A stretch of 64,000 bases of DNA from an uncultured Desulfospira sp. (GCA_963663165.1 OY760175.1:288001-352000), one strand, 5' to 3'; shown: positions 10,071-20,473, counted from the first letter of the stretch. Numbers and translations are program-made. Notes: generated by a model from the sequence alone, not told the origin.

Positions 10071-11603
10071 ATGATCAGCATCGACGATGCCAAAAAACGG
10101 CTGGTACTCAACACCATCTCCAATATCCTCAACGTCGGTGTAACGTCACTGATTCTGTTGTGGCTGACCCCTTTTCTGGTCCGGCAGCTGGGCGTGGATG
10201 TCTACGGCATGTATCCCCTGGTCGCCGATATAGCCCTTTACATCATGATTTTATCCGGCAACTATACAACGGCGTTCAGCCGGTTTATCTCCCTTGCCAT
10301 TGAAAAAAACGATATGGCATCCGGGCGGACCTATTTTTCCACGGCCGTGGTGTCGCTTTTCGGCATCAATATGGTGGTGCTCATCCTGGTATTGGGCGCC
10401 GCCTTTTTCCTGTCCAGCCTGATCCATATCCCTTCCGGCGCCCAAACCGATACCGCTGTTTTCTTTGTGCTGATGATTGCCTCAGGCCTTGTGGATACCT
10501 TTGCAAGTCCCCTGTGGGTTTCCACCTTTGTGACCCATAAACTTTATGTTCAGAACATATCCGTGGTGATCAGCCGGATCGGGCAGCTTCTGGCCATTCT
10601 GGTGTTGTTTTATCTGTTTGACGCATCATTGACCATTGTGGGCGTCAGCCGGTTTGGCATGTTTTGTTTCCAGTTTATCATGGCCCTGATGTTTACGAGG
10701 ATGTTCCTGCCAGACCTGACCCTTAAGATCAAAGCCTTTTCCTGGCCGGCATTCAAGGAAATGGGGAAAATGAGTTACTGGATCACCATTGACACCATTG
10801 GCAGCCTTTTCTACCTTCAGTCAGACCTGATCATCATCAACCTGATCACCCATTCCGGGATGGTGGGCCTTTATGCGGTGGTGGTTCAGTGGGTCTTGTT
10901 TTTACGGACCCTGACACCGGCCATCAGCAATGCCTTTTCACCCATTGTGATTGATTTTATCGCAGAAAATAAGATGCCTGACCTGGCCTTTCATACCAGG
11001 CGAGCCATTAAATTCATGGGCATGATTCTGGCCTTGCCCATTGGCCTTTTGACCGGCCTTTCCACCCCTTTGCTGGTGGTATGGCTGGACCCGTCATTTG
11101 CCCATCTGGGTCCCTTGATGAAGCTGGTGGTTTTCCCCCAGATTATCTTTCTGGCCATCAACCCCCTTTATTTCATCAACCGGGGGTTGAACAAGGTTAA
11201 AATCCCGGCACTGGTCACCTTTGCCGGCGGGATCCTGAACGTCATCTTTTCCGCCGGCCTGCTCAAGTACAGCAGCTGGGGGCTTTATGCCGTGGCCGTG
11301 GCCACGGTTCTGGCATTTATGCTCAGAAGCATTGCCTTTACGCCCATCTACACCGCCGGGCTGCTCAACCAGAAGCGGTATTATTTCTTAATGCCGGTGA
11401 TCCCCGGGGTTATTCTGGCATCTCTGGTTGCGGCGGCGGCCTTTGGCATGGCATCAACGTTTGCCATAACGTCCTGGTGGCATCTGATAGCCGCAGGCCT
11501 GGTCATGACGGTTATTTACGTTCCGGTTTGCTTTTTAACCGTATTAAGAGGGGATGAAAAACGATTTTTGATCTCTCTTGTGGGAAAAAAGTTCAGCCGG
11601 TAA
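10071..11603 (+). CDS. Wzx-like oligosaccharide flippase (MOP superfamily)
   Basis: many TM helices, PFLVRQLGVDVYG, VGLYAVV motifs. Confidence 0.85.
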   Translation: MISIDDAKKRLVLNTISNILNVGVTSLILLWLTPFLVRQLGVDVYGMYPLVADIALYIMILSGNYTTAFSRFISLAIEKNDMASGRTYFSTAVVSLFGINMVVLILVLGAAFFLSSLIHIPSGAQTDTAVFFVLMIASGLVDTFASPLWVSTFVTHKLYVQNISVVISRIGQLLAILVLFYLFDASLTIVGVSRFGMFCFQFIMALMFTRMFLPDLTLKIKAFSWPAFKEMGKMSYWITIDTIGSLFYLQSDLIIINLITHSGMVGLYAVVVQWVLFLRTLTPAISNAFSPIVIDFIAENKMPDLAFHTRRAIKFMGMILALPIGLLTGLSTPLLVVWLDPSFAHLGPLMKLVVFPQIIFLAINPLYFINRGLNKVKIPALVTFAGGILNVIFSAGLLKYSSWGLYAVAVATVLAFMLRSIAFTPIYTAGLLNQKRYYFLMPVIPGVILASLVAAAAFGMASTFAITSWWHLIAAGLVMTVIYVPVCFLTVLRGDEKRFLISLVGKKFSR

Positions 11604-12777
11604 ACGGCGATCTGTTTTTTATGATCTGCTCATAAACCTTTCGGGTATTTTTCCCCATGTTTTCCAGCTGAAAGTATTGACAGGCATGCTGCCGGAGGCG
11701 CTGCCCCTCATCCCTGGCCTTAAGGCGATCCGAGACAAGCTGCATGAGCTTTTCTGCCAAATCATCCGCATCCCACAACCGAAACACCATTCCCGGGGGA
11801 TCCGGGGCCGTGCGGTCCGTTGATTGCGTTTCAAACACGGCCACATTTTCAGGAATGTCGCTGACTATGCTGGGAAGGCCGTAGGCCATGGCCGACAACA
11901 GTGAATTGGACATGCCTTCAATGGACGAGGGAAGGATAAAGGCAAAGGCATTGGCAAACAGTTCATCTTTAAGCCGGCCTGAGGCAAATCCAAGCAGTTT
12001 GATCCGCTCGTCACCGGCCTGTTCAACCAGTTGATTGTAATAATCCGGGGACTTTCCTTTGTGGCCTGCAATGGCGAGCTTAAGTCCTTTGGCCTCCGGG
12101 GTGTCCTTGATTTTTTCAAAGGCCTGAACCAGGGTATGGCACCCCTTTTCCGGTTCAAGCCTTGCCATAAACAGCAGGTAATCCTGTTTGCCAAGCCCCC
12201 ACTTGGTGATCTGGTCCGGCTCAGGAAGGACCCTGGGCAGGTCCACGCCGTTGGGGATATAGGCGGTTTGCGCCTGATAGGTCCGGGTAAAATACCGCTT
12301 CATGGCCAGGGAATTGACCGTGGTCACATGGGCGAACCTGATGCTGCACAGCTCTCCAAACCGGAGCAGGGAAGATGAAAACTTGTCCCATTTTTCCCGC
12401 TGGGAATCCAAGGCGCGCATTGCCCCGACCACTTTTTTGCCCATGAGCCTTGGAATAAACGAAAACAGGCATGGCCCGGGGTTGTTGATCTGCACAATGT
12501 CGATGTCGGGATTGAAGCTGACATGGATAACCGAAATCAGTGAGCGGATCAGATTGTCCAGGTGTTTGGAAGGGATACTCGGGATTTCAATTCTGCGAAT
12601 GTTCTTGGGATAGGTTTTCTGAAGCGCCTGCTGCCGCTCCTGTCCGGATAGTTTCTGGCAGTATACGATGACGTCGTCTCCCTTGGCGGCAAGATGGAGT
12701 GAAAGGTATTCCACATAGGTTTCCGTACCGCCGTAGCAGGGCGGGATTCCTCTGGATCCGAGCAGGGCAATTTTCAT
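11593..12777 (-). CDS. glycosyltransferase family 4
   Basis: GSRGIPPCYGGTE, RLEPEKG, LPSSIEG..LLSAMAYG. Confidence 0.92.
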   Translation of the reverse strand: MKIALLGSRGIPPCYGGTETYVEYLSLHLAAKGDDVIVYCQKLSGQERQQALQKTYPKNIRRIEIPSIPSKHLDNLIRSLISVIHVSFNPDIDIVQINNPGPCLFSFIPRLMGKKVVGAMRALDSQREKWDKFSSSLLRFGELCSIRFAHVTTVNSLAMKRYFTRTYQAQTAYIPNGVDLPRVLPEPDQITKWGLGKQDYLLFMARLEPEKGCHTLVQAFEKIKDTPEAKGLKLAIAGHKGKSPDYYNQLVEQAGDERIKLLGFASGRLKDELFANAFAFILPSSIEGMSNSLLSAMAYGLPSIVSDIPENVAVFETQSTDRTAPDPPGMVFRLWDADDLAEKLMQLVSDRLKARDEGQRLRQHACQYFQLENMGKNTRKVYEQIIKNRSPFTG

Positions 12778-12792
12778 TTTGGTCCCTTCTGG

Positions 12793-13914
12793 TTAAGGGT
12801 TAAGGGTTTCAAGCAGGGCTTTTTTGTAAACCGGGTATATAAAACGGATATGAAAATCCCGGGCCCGGCCAAGGGCCTTTTGTTCATATGCCATTCTGAT
12901 TTTATCCTCATGATTCATTAAAATAAGGGCCCGGGCCAGGGCATTTTCATCATTGACCGGAATCAGGATGCCAAATTCCCCTTGGTGAACATCATTAACC
13001 GGGGGGTGAAACATTGGGTCGAGTATTTCTTTGGGGCCGGATTTGCAGTCCGTTGCCACCACGGCTTTTTCCAGGATCAGGGCCTCGGCCAGGCCGTTTG
13101 GAAAGCCTTCCCGCTGGGAGGACAGTACAAAAAATTTACAGTGTTTAATGAACGGATAGGGATTGGCGTGAAAACCGGGCAGAATGACCTTGTCTTTTAG
13201 CGCTAACTGTTCGATAAGGGTTTCAAATTCACCGCGCAACGGGCCTTCTCCAAGGATGACCAGTTTGGGGGCAAGACTTGCCGCCGCATAGGCCCTGATC
13301 AGCAGATCAAATCGTTTTGCCGTGTTGAACCGGCCAATGGCGCAGATGTATTCTCCCTGGCCCGGCAAATGTTCATCGGCCTTTGCCTGGATATCTTCAA
13401 CCGGGTAGGGATTGTAAATGGTGATGACCTTTTTTTCAGGAATGGCGAAATGGTCAATCAGGTCATCCCGCCCCCCTGTGGAATTTGCAATGATGGTATG
13501 GGCAAAGGGATAGACAAAGCGGATCAGCATCCGGTTTAACCGGTGATAGAGGCTGGCATCCCCAAACCGGCTGCTGGCCGTTGAGCGCTCGCTGATGACC
13601 ACCTTGTGCCCAAAAAACAGGCGGGATGCCACGGAGAATTGGTTTGACCGTGTCAGAAAACTGAACACCAGGTCCGGCTTGATCTGTTTGATTTGTGCCA
13701 GAAAGGCGAAAAACGTTAATACCAGGTTTCTTTTATCCACACAGACCACCGGTGTCTTTTCGGGAAGCCTTTGGGTGATCACCCGGTCATCAAGCAGAAT
13801 CACGGTCACGGCAAAATCACGGGACAGCCGGTGGACAAGGGTGGTAAAAACCCGCTCAGCGCCGCCGCCTTCCAGGGAGTTGATCACCATTGCTATGCTT
13901 TTTTTACGGGGCAT
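12793..13914 (-). CDS. glycosyltransferase family 4 (PglJ/WabH-like)
   Basis: LEGGGAER, GRFNTAK, SSQREGFPNGLAEA, TDCKSGP. Confidence 0.92.
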   Translation of the reverse strand: MPRKKSIAMVINSLEGGGAERVFTTLVHRLSRDFAVTVILLDDRVITQRLPEKTPVVCVDKRNLVLTFFAFLAQIKQIKPDLVFSFLTRSNQFSVASRLFFGHKVVISERSTASSRFGDASLYHRLNRMLIRFVYPFAHTIIANSTGGRDDLIDHFAIPEKKVITIYNPYPVEDIQAKADEHLPGQGEYICAIGRFNTAKRFDLLIRAYAAASLAPKLVILGEGPLRGEFETLIEQLALKDKVILPGFHANPYPFIKHCKFFVLSSQREGFPNGLAEALILEKAVVATDCKSGPKEILDPMFHPPVNDVHQGEFGILIPVNDENALARALILMNHEDKIRMAYEQKALGRARDFHIRFIYPVYKKALLETLNP

Positions 13915-14076
13915 GAAATTTCTTTGGATGTTTTATGTTTTACTGATGACCGCTTTTCTTCTATATCACAAAAGCGGCAAAATATATAGAAACCATTGGC
14001 TGTTTGTCAGGGTGATCGCACGTAACTTGCCTGCCGGTGATTTCAATTTCGATGATAAGGATAATAATGTATATTG

Positions 14077-14168
14077 TTGAGACTTGGGATATGGGATATG
14101 GGATATGGGACTTGGGGAGGCCGTGGATGCCGCAATCCCCAGGTCCCATATCCCAAGTCCCAAGTCCA
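14077..14168. repeat. inverted pair of heptamer tandem arrays (WTGGGAY)n ... (RTCCCAW)n
   Basis: ttgagac ttgggat atgggat atgggat ... cccaggt cccatat cccaagt cccaagt. Confidence 0.8.
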
Positions 14169-14602
14169 ATTTTTTGGAGATTGAATGTATCATTATCAAT
14201 GCGGTTCCCCTGGCCTGTTTGCCAGGGGAGAGCGTGTAATCTTCAGCCGGTCTGATATGTCAATATAGCCAACCCTGTTAATAATCATCCGGGGGGGGAT
14301 TCCGGCATTGACGGCATTTCGTTTTTGCCATGCCCCGCATTGGAAACTTTTAGATGATGATATCCCCCACAATGCGGCTGTTATTCAGTGCTGTTTTCGA
14401 AAAAGCCTGGACGACAATTAGACATAAGTGTTGTCGTACGGTTCCTAAAATTCTGCTCTAATGTTTTTATCAATCCAAATGGTCTTTTTGACAATTTTAG
14501 CCTAAAATTTTATGATTTGGATAAACGAGGAATCGCTCAGGATGGGCTTTTTCAACGAGGTGCTTTGCATGCAACTATTCACCTTTTTAACCATGTGTCA
14601 AT

Positions 14603-14726
14603 CAATGTCATTAACTTAAGCGTTAATACAAGAAACTGGAAACAAGAGACAAGAGGATGAAGCGCCGTTGGCGCCCATTTTATAACCCCTGCGCGCTATG
14701 CCAAATTTCTTAAGTTAATGGCATTG
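14603..14726. mobile_element. IS4-family-like MITE (element E) with 18-bp TIR and 10-bp TSD; contains module D1
   Basis: TIRs CAATGTCATTAACTTAAG / CTTAAGTTAATGGCATTG (17/18); direct repeat ATGTGTCAAT at 14593-14602 and 14727-14736. Confidence 0.85.
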
Positions 14727-14738
14727 ATGTGTCAATCA

Positions 14739-15422
14739 TTAGTCACCCCTCTGAATCACTTCAAAAGTTCTTAACCAGTCATTAAAAAGAGGACATTCGT
14801 TTCGAATTTTTTCGATACCGATTTCTTTGGCGATGGTCACCCCCATCGTTGTTTTCAGAAACTTCCCATTGATTGACCAGGCATCCAGGCGTTTGGAAGG
14901 AGCTGTCTGGGGATTATTATTGATTGCTTCTGGAGAGCCACATTCAGATATGACCGTTGCAACTGTAGATTCATCTATGCCCAGTTGCCTGGCAAGAATC
15001 CCGGCATCACTGAAAAGCAGTGCCTCAAATTCATGCACGGCTACGAAAGGTATAAATCGGCGTTCTGCCTGTTGTTCTGAAAAAAGCGAGATAACATGAT
15101 TTTTGGTCGCCTCATTCACCGTTTTGGCAATCTGTGAAGGATGCGCTTGCTCTGGTACTAAATCAAATCCTGGCCATTCTTTAGTCCCGTAATAATCGAT
15201 AAATGTCGTAACATAGGTATCAGGCCGTTGTTTTAAATGCAATTCCAGGTCCCTTTTGACACGGGAAAAACGAACATCACCACCCTTTTGTCCTGGCTTG
15301 GATACTTGAGTCGCACGTATCCCTATGTTTTTATAACCGATATACGGTGCTAAGATACTCTCAATGAAAATCTGCTCGGTCTTGCCTTCCACGATGGCGA
15401 TCACTTCAATGTAATTACTCAT
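14739..15422 (-). CDS. DUF4276 family protein (TOPRIM-like)
   Basis: IVEGKTE, TTFIDYYG, HEFEALLFSD, PEAINNNPQTAPSKR, CPLFNDW. Confidence 0.8.
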   Translation of the reverse strand: MSNYIEVIAIVEGKTEQIFIESILAPYIGYKNIGIRATQVSKPGQKGGDVRFSRVKRDLELHLKQRPDTYVTTFIDYYGTKEWPGFDLVPEQAHPSQIAKTVNEATKNHVISLFSEQQAERRFIPFVAVHEFEALLFSDAGILARQLGIDESTVATVISECGSPEAINNNPQTAPSKRLDAWSINGKFLKTTMGVTIAKEIGIEKIRNECPLFNDWLRTFEVIQRGD

Positions 15423-16548
15423 AAATCGGCCCTCCTGGAATAACGTTCTTTGACCAGAGTTCGCCTACTGAGTAATCTTCCAACCATGCTGAAAAGTCCT
15501 TTTCCTTCAGCCGTTTGAAAGTTGAAGCACCATCTTCACGGTTCACAACTATCGTATCTTCAATGCCAAATTGATCAATAAGTGCAGGAGATTGGGTTGC
15601 CACAATGACCTGGGTCTGTTTTGAGGCTACCTGAATTAGTTCACCAAGCACTACAATCGCCGCCGGATGCAGGCCCAGTTCCGGTTCATCTATAATAATC
15701 GTGGAAGGTGGATTCGGTTGTAATAATGCCGTGGCAAGACAGATAAAGCGAATAGAACCGTCCGATAGATGATAGGGCTGCATTGGAAAGTTCGACCCTT
15801 TCTGACGCCAACTAAGCCGGACTTTTTCCGCCTCACCAAGTTTGTGTACATCCAACTGGAAATCATCAAAGAAAGGTGTGACCATGCGGATGGCAGCAAC
15901 AATTCTCTTATAATAATCAGAATAGAATTCCTCATTTTTAAGGTGAAAGATGAACGGGGCAATATTTGCAGCATCTCCCCTTAGTTTATGATAGTCTTCA
16001 ACGATCTCTGAGCGTCGCATGGGAGATGACGCACTGGTATCATGAAAGTGGTAGACCATCCAATTGGAAATGGATTCATAAACGAAATGTCCTACTCCGT
16101 TCCACTGACCGTCCCTTGATTTTTCATTGCGCTCATCGTACAACCGGCTTTCTTTTGATGGACTTCCGTAAGAACGCCATTCTGTTGTGACATACTTTCG
16201 TTCTTCATTTATAAGAAAATTTTCATCGGCGGTTGGTGTGAGCTCAAACCGGTATGAATTAGAGCCCTTCGCATTACTACTGTGGGATGTAAAATCAAAC
16301 CCCATCTCAATTTTTGAGGTCACCTTTGGCCCTTCAAAAAGAAAATTATCTGCTCCTCCACGCTCAAGAATAAATTTGCTGAAATTCTTCTGCGTCATTG
16401 CCATCAACATACGAAAAATCTGAACAAAATTACTTTTTCCGGCGCCATTTGCACCAATAATTACATTGAGGTCACCCAGTTTGAATTCATTGACTTCCTT
16501 AATGGATTTGAATCCCTTAACTGTCAGTTTCTCTAAAGCACCTCTCAT
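15415..16548 (-). CDS. ABC/SMC-type ATPase (AAA_21 / COG4637-like)
   Basis: GFKSI, GANGAGKSN Walker A, LSDGS signature, IIIDEPELGLHP Walker B, ATQSP. Confidence 0.9.
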   Translation of the reverse strand: MRGALEKLTVKGFKSIKEVNEFKLGDLNVIIGANGAGKSNFVQIFRMLMAMTQKNFSKFILERGGADNFLFEGPKVTSKIEMGFDFTSHSSNAKGSNSYRFELTPTADENFLINEERKYVTTEWRSYGSPSKESRLYDERNEKSRDGQWNGVGHFVYESISNWMVYHFHDTSASSPMRRSEIVEDYHKLRGDAANIAPFIFHLKNEEFYSDYYKRIVAAIRMVTPFFDDFQLDVHKLGEAEKVRLSWRQKGSNFPMQPYHLSDGSIRFICLATALLQPNPPSTIIIDEPELGLHPAAIVVLGELIQVASKQTQVIVATQSPALIDQFGIEDTIVVNREDGASTFKRLKEKDFSAWLEDYSVGELWSKNVIPGGPIYE

Positions 16549-16963
16549 GGCATGCTCCTCAAAACATTTCTTTGTATTCCGTATATTCTATGGTCCATTC
16601 TATCTTCCAGCCTCTGGATTCTATATTTTCCTATCACCAATCTTCATTTAGATACTTTTTGAGTTGTCCTATAGTATTCATTGATTGGTGCTTGCATATA
16701 TAACCATCGGTCCTCAAAATGGTCCATATAAGAATCCTCAGGAGTGTTTATATATTAAGCATTCTCGAAGTTTGCAACTTACAAAGGCTCATTTTTCCAA
16801 TCCCAAAACAAGATCTTTCACAATAGGCAAGAACCATATCTATGTCAAAGGATTTCAATTGATTCTTAAGCTGCACGGGTTTCAGCTCTGTCTGTCTCTT
16901 CTTTTTTGTTTTCGCTCCAGGTATCCCAGGTCTCCCGGTCCCGATTTATTTTTTCATGGTTTC

Positions 16964-17821
16964 TTATGGCATGGGCCATGTTGAACCTATGCCAAAACTG
17001 CTTTTTATTTTGTCGATGGTTACAAGGTCTGGTTTAAAAGGTATCGTTGGCGCTTTGGGTACAGGCAGTTCATGGGTAGACCTGAACGGCGTGTCTTTAA
17101 TTTTCATGTTATATGCCATGACCATCAGCGTTTCCAGGTTAACAACGTCTTCGATATTATAGGCCAGGAGGGTTTCTAACGCTTTTTCATTTTTGTTTTG
17201 CTGATAGTCAAGCCACAAGAGAACGGCAAAATAACCGTCAACGCCGTCCAAGTCTCCACGATCGATATCCAATGCCTTTTCACAGCACTTCAAACCGCCC
17301 GAGTACCCTAAACTTTTTAAAACATATCTCAAATCTATATGGGCATGGTCCAGACTGATACCAAACTGCCCTTCGATAAACGGCACATCAAAGGTTTTTC
17401 CATTGTAAGTGATGATGACATTGTAATTACGGATTTCTTTTATGAAATCTTCAAGATTATGTCCTTGTATGAAGTATTGTATTTTTTTCCCGTCGTAGAG
17501 TGCAATGGTTGTAATCTCAAAACCGTAAAGCCCAAGACCCGTTGTCTCTATATCGATGTAAGCGGTTGAGTCACGGAATTCTTTGAATAATCTCCAGTGT
17601 TCCTTGGCCGGTAAAAGATTTGCAAAATAGGCCGGGTCATTGTTTTCAAGACGTTCAGCAGACTTTTTTATGTATGCCATTATGGTCTCAAATCTTTTGG
17701 GGGGAATTCTACAGTCATTATCAGGGGCAGCGTCCTGCCAGTCTAATAAGCCGGAACGCCATAACTGCAGTTCAGTCTTATCTCCGATACCTGGTATGTG
17801 TTGAAATGAATTTCTCAGCAT
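16964..17821 (-). CDS. ribonuclease H-like (YprB/RNase_H_2) exonuclease
   Basis: YIDIETTGL, TYNGKTFDVPF, HIDLR, YNIEDV. Confidence 0.88.
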   Translation of the reverse strand: MLRNSFQHIPGIGDKTELQLWRSGLLDWQDAAPDNDCRIPPKRFETIMAYIKKSAERLENNDPAYFANLLPAKEHWRLFKEFRDSTAYIDIETTGLGLYGFEITTIALYDGKKIQYFIQGHNLEDFIKEIRNYNVIITYNGKTFDVPFIEGQFGISLDHAHIDLRYVLKSLGYSGGLKCCEKALDIDRGDLDGVDGYFAVLLWLDYQQNKNEKALETLLAYNIEDVVNLETLMVMAYNMKIKDTPFRSTHELPVPKAPTIPFKPDLVTIDKIKSSFGIGSTWPMP

Positions 17822-17882
17822 GGTTTATTTCCTCCAGGGGACAACACTTTCCCGCATCTGTTTTAGCAGCCGGAAAAGAACA

Positions 17883-18329
17883 TTAAACTTCCTCTCGGAT
17901 CACTTTATCGCCCACCGTCTCAATGAGTTGATCCAATATCATCGCATCATGGCTGTCGATTTGCTTCCAGGAATTTCGAAGGACCTGATGGCCCATGGCA
18001 TCAAAATTTATGGCCGAGACCACAACTTCCGTATATTTCAGCCTCGGATCTCCTTTATGGTACGGCCAGACTTCAAAAATACGCAGGTCAGCTGTCTTCA
18101 ATATGAATTTTTCACAAATCCGGGGGATGATATATTCAATACAGTTGGAGGTCGGAACCCCCGTGTTGTCGCCCTGATCTATCAAAAGCATCCAGGTCGC
18201 TTTGGTGGTTGCCTCATGGGCGAGAATCAAATGGCAAAAGGAATCCATTAAACGGGGATCATTTTGTTCTTTTTCGGTCCCGGCACCTTTCCAGCTGTAA
18301 ATAGACGAATAAGTTATTTTAAAATACAT
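17883..18329 (-). CDS. hypothetical protein
   Basis: 148-aa ORF co-oriented between ywbE-like and RNase H-like genes. Confidence 0.6.
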   Translation of the reverse strand: MYFKITYSSIYSWKGAGTEKEQNDPRLMDSFCHLILAHEATTKATWMLLIDQGDNTGVPTSNCIEYIIPRICEKFILKTADLRIFEVWPYHKGDPRLKYTEVVVSAINFDAMGHQVLRNSWKQIDSHDAMILDQLIETVGDKVIREEV

Positions 18330-18344
18330 AGTGAATCTGAATTT

Positions 18345-18542
18345 TTAAGCGTGAATAACCTTAACCCTTCCAACAAGGCCATTTTCCAGTCTAACTTTTA
18401 TACCGTGGGGATGGAAAGGTGATTTTGTTAAAATCGTTTTTACGACGCCTTGGGTCAGGACCCCTGTTCTTTGGTCTTTTTTTAATACAATGGAAACGGT
18501 TTGCCCGGGTTTAATTTGTGTTCTGTTTTGTCCGTCAGTCAT
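18345..18542 (-). CDS. YwbE family protein (DUF2196)
   Basis: VLKKDQRTG..LTKSPFHPHGIKVRL..VGRV. Confidence 0.88.
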   Translation of the reverse strand: MTDGQNRTQIKPGQTVSIVLKKDQRTGVLTQGVVKTILTKSPFHPHGIKVRLENGLVGRVKVIHA

Positions 18543-18767
18543 TATCCTTTTTATCCTCTATCTATGAATTTCTAATACATTTTAAACTGGATACTATTTA
18601 ATGCAAGAGCAAGAATACAGGCAGGATGATCTGCCCGGAACTTGTTCTTGCCGTATGTGCCTAAATAGGATAAGTATTACGCATTGACCCTAACTCTTTT
18701 TAAATTGTCGGCATGTCAGCCTCTTGGTTTAAAATTCTTCCATGAACCATAAGAAAGATCCCGCCAT

Positions 18768-20429
18768 ATGACCAAAATCCAGCAATATGAGCCCTGGCTG
18801 TTCGGGGCAATGGTTGTGTTGTTTATTATTCCCCTCTGGGTTTATCCTTATATCCCTACCCAGGACGGCCCGGCCCATCTGTTCAATGCCCATCTGATCA
18901 ATGGACTTTTGCAGGAACAAACTAACCCGATGATAGACGGGTTTTATGAACTCAATAAAGATTTTACCCCCACCTGGGTGTTTCATCTGGTTCTGGCCAA
19001 GCTTGGCCGTATGGCCGGGGTACAGACGGCTGAGCGGATCATATTGTCCATATTAATCGTCTTTCTTCCCCTGGTTACCCGTTTTGGTGTTTCAAAAATC
19101 AACCAGCCCATGGCACCGTTGGCCTGGCTTGTGTTTCCCATGAATTACAATCATCTGTTTTATTACGGGTTTTACAGCATGTGTTTTTCGGTGCCGTTCT
19201 TTGTCCTGAGCTTTACCCTGGTGCTGGAATTTTTAAAGTCCGGCAAGAAGATCTATCTGTTATGGATTATGATATCCGGGTTTTTCAGTTACTTCATGCA
19301 CATTATCAGTTTCGGGCTCCTTGGCATTGCCGTGGCCCTTTCCTGTATCGGATATGCCGTCAATTCGGTAAAGGGACAAGGCAAACTCGATGCCGGCGGA
19401 TTTGGCGGTTTTATGGTCAGCCGCTTTGTTCCGCTTTTTCTTTGCTATGTGCCGGTGATTGCGGTTGTGGTCCTTTTTCTGGGTGGAAAACAGTCTGTTT
19501 TTGTGCCGGAACTGGGGATAGGGCAGCTGGCCGGCCGGATGGCCTACCTGGTTCTTGGCGGAACCCTTTTTCCCATCCGGTTTACCGGGCTTTTTGCATT
19601 GATCAGTGTGGGGACGCTCTTTTCAGTCCTTGTGGTGTTTCTGGTTTTCCTTTTGGTCAGGCCCGGCGGGTTTAAAGGGATGCTGCCCAAAGTGATGCTG
19701 TCTGTTTTTTTTGCTTTTTGCCTGGTGCTGCTTTTTGTCCCGCAAATGTATTTTGCCACATCCCATGACAACATGCTCGGCGGCGGCTTTATCAAACACC
19801 GGATTGCATTGTTTATGATTCCTGTCCTGATTTTAGGACTTGCTTCCTGGACAAACAACCGGGACAGATTGATGAACCAATTGGGCATTTTGATCGGGTT
19901 TTCCATGATTCTCTTTTGTTTTCACCTCGCCGTGTTTTCCCATTTTAACCGGCACATCAAAGGGTACCTGTCTTTTGGCCCCCATATCGCACCTGATTCG
20001 GTGATTCTTCCCTTAAACCTGGACGGCAATGACGGTCTTACGGCCAAGGGGCCGCTGGGGGTCAGTCTCTTTTGGCGGACAGATCCCCTGCTTCATGCCT
20101 CTGACCATCTGGCCCGACAAACCCGTTCCATCAGCCTGGAAAACTATGAAGTTACCCTGGAGTATTTCCCGCTGCTGTACCGGCAGGGCATGGACCCGCT
20201 GGATTTCGGCTACACAGATGGTTCTTTTATAGATGAACATAACGGGCCATTAGAGCCATCAGCGGCATGCCGCAATTTGCTGACGCATTATGAGCAAAAA
20301 GGGTTTCCTGTCCGGTACATCCTGGCCTGGGGCAAAAACGGTTCTGATAAATTATGGAAGACGATTCATGAATCATATGCCCTGATTGCGAAAACAGACC
20401 GTGGGCAATTGTTTGAATTAAAACGATAA
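18768..20429 (+). CDS. polytopic membrane protein, possible GT-C-type transferase
   Basis: many TM helices; PTQDGPAH in first periplasmic loop; hydrophilic C-terminal domain. Confidence 0.6.
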   Translation: MTKIQQYEPWLFGAMVVLFIIPLWVYPYIPTQDGPAHLFNAHLINGLLQEQTNPMIDGFYELNKDFTPTWVFHLVLAKLGRMAGVQTAERIILSILIVFLPLVTRFGVSKINQPMAPLAWLVFPMNYNHLFYYGFYSMCFSVPFFVLSFTLVLEFLKSGKKIYLLWIMISGFFSYFMHIISFGLLGIAVALSCIGYAVNSVKGQGKLDAGGFGGFMVSRFVPLFLCYVPVIAVVVLFLGGKQSVFVPELGIGQLAGRMAYLVLGGTLFPIRFTGLFALISVGTLFSVLVVFLVFLLVRPGGFKGMLPKVMLSVFFAFCLVLLFVPQMYFATSHDNMLGGGFIKHRIALFMIPVLILGLASWTNNRDRLMNQLGILIGFSMILFCFHLAVFSHFNRHIKGYLSFGPHIAPDSVILPLNLDGNDGLTAKGPLGVSLFWRTDPLLHASDHLARQTRSISLENYEVTLEYFPLLYRQGMDPLDFGYTDGSFIDEHNGPLEPSAACRNLLTHYEQKGFPVRYILAWGKNGSDKLWKTIHESYALIAKTDRGQLFELKR

Positions 20430-20473
20430 TGAATCAGGTTGCCTGAGGTTGCTATATCCTGGCGGTAAAGGCG

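Noticed and set aside
16551..16960. ORF 16685..16984 and AT-rich spacer as a gene or repeat
   Set aside because: No recognisable motif, RBS or repeat structure.
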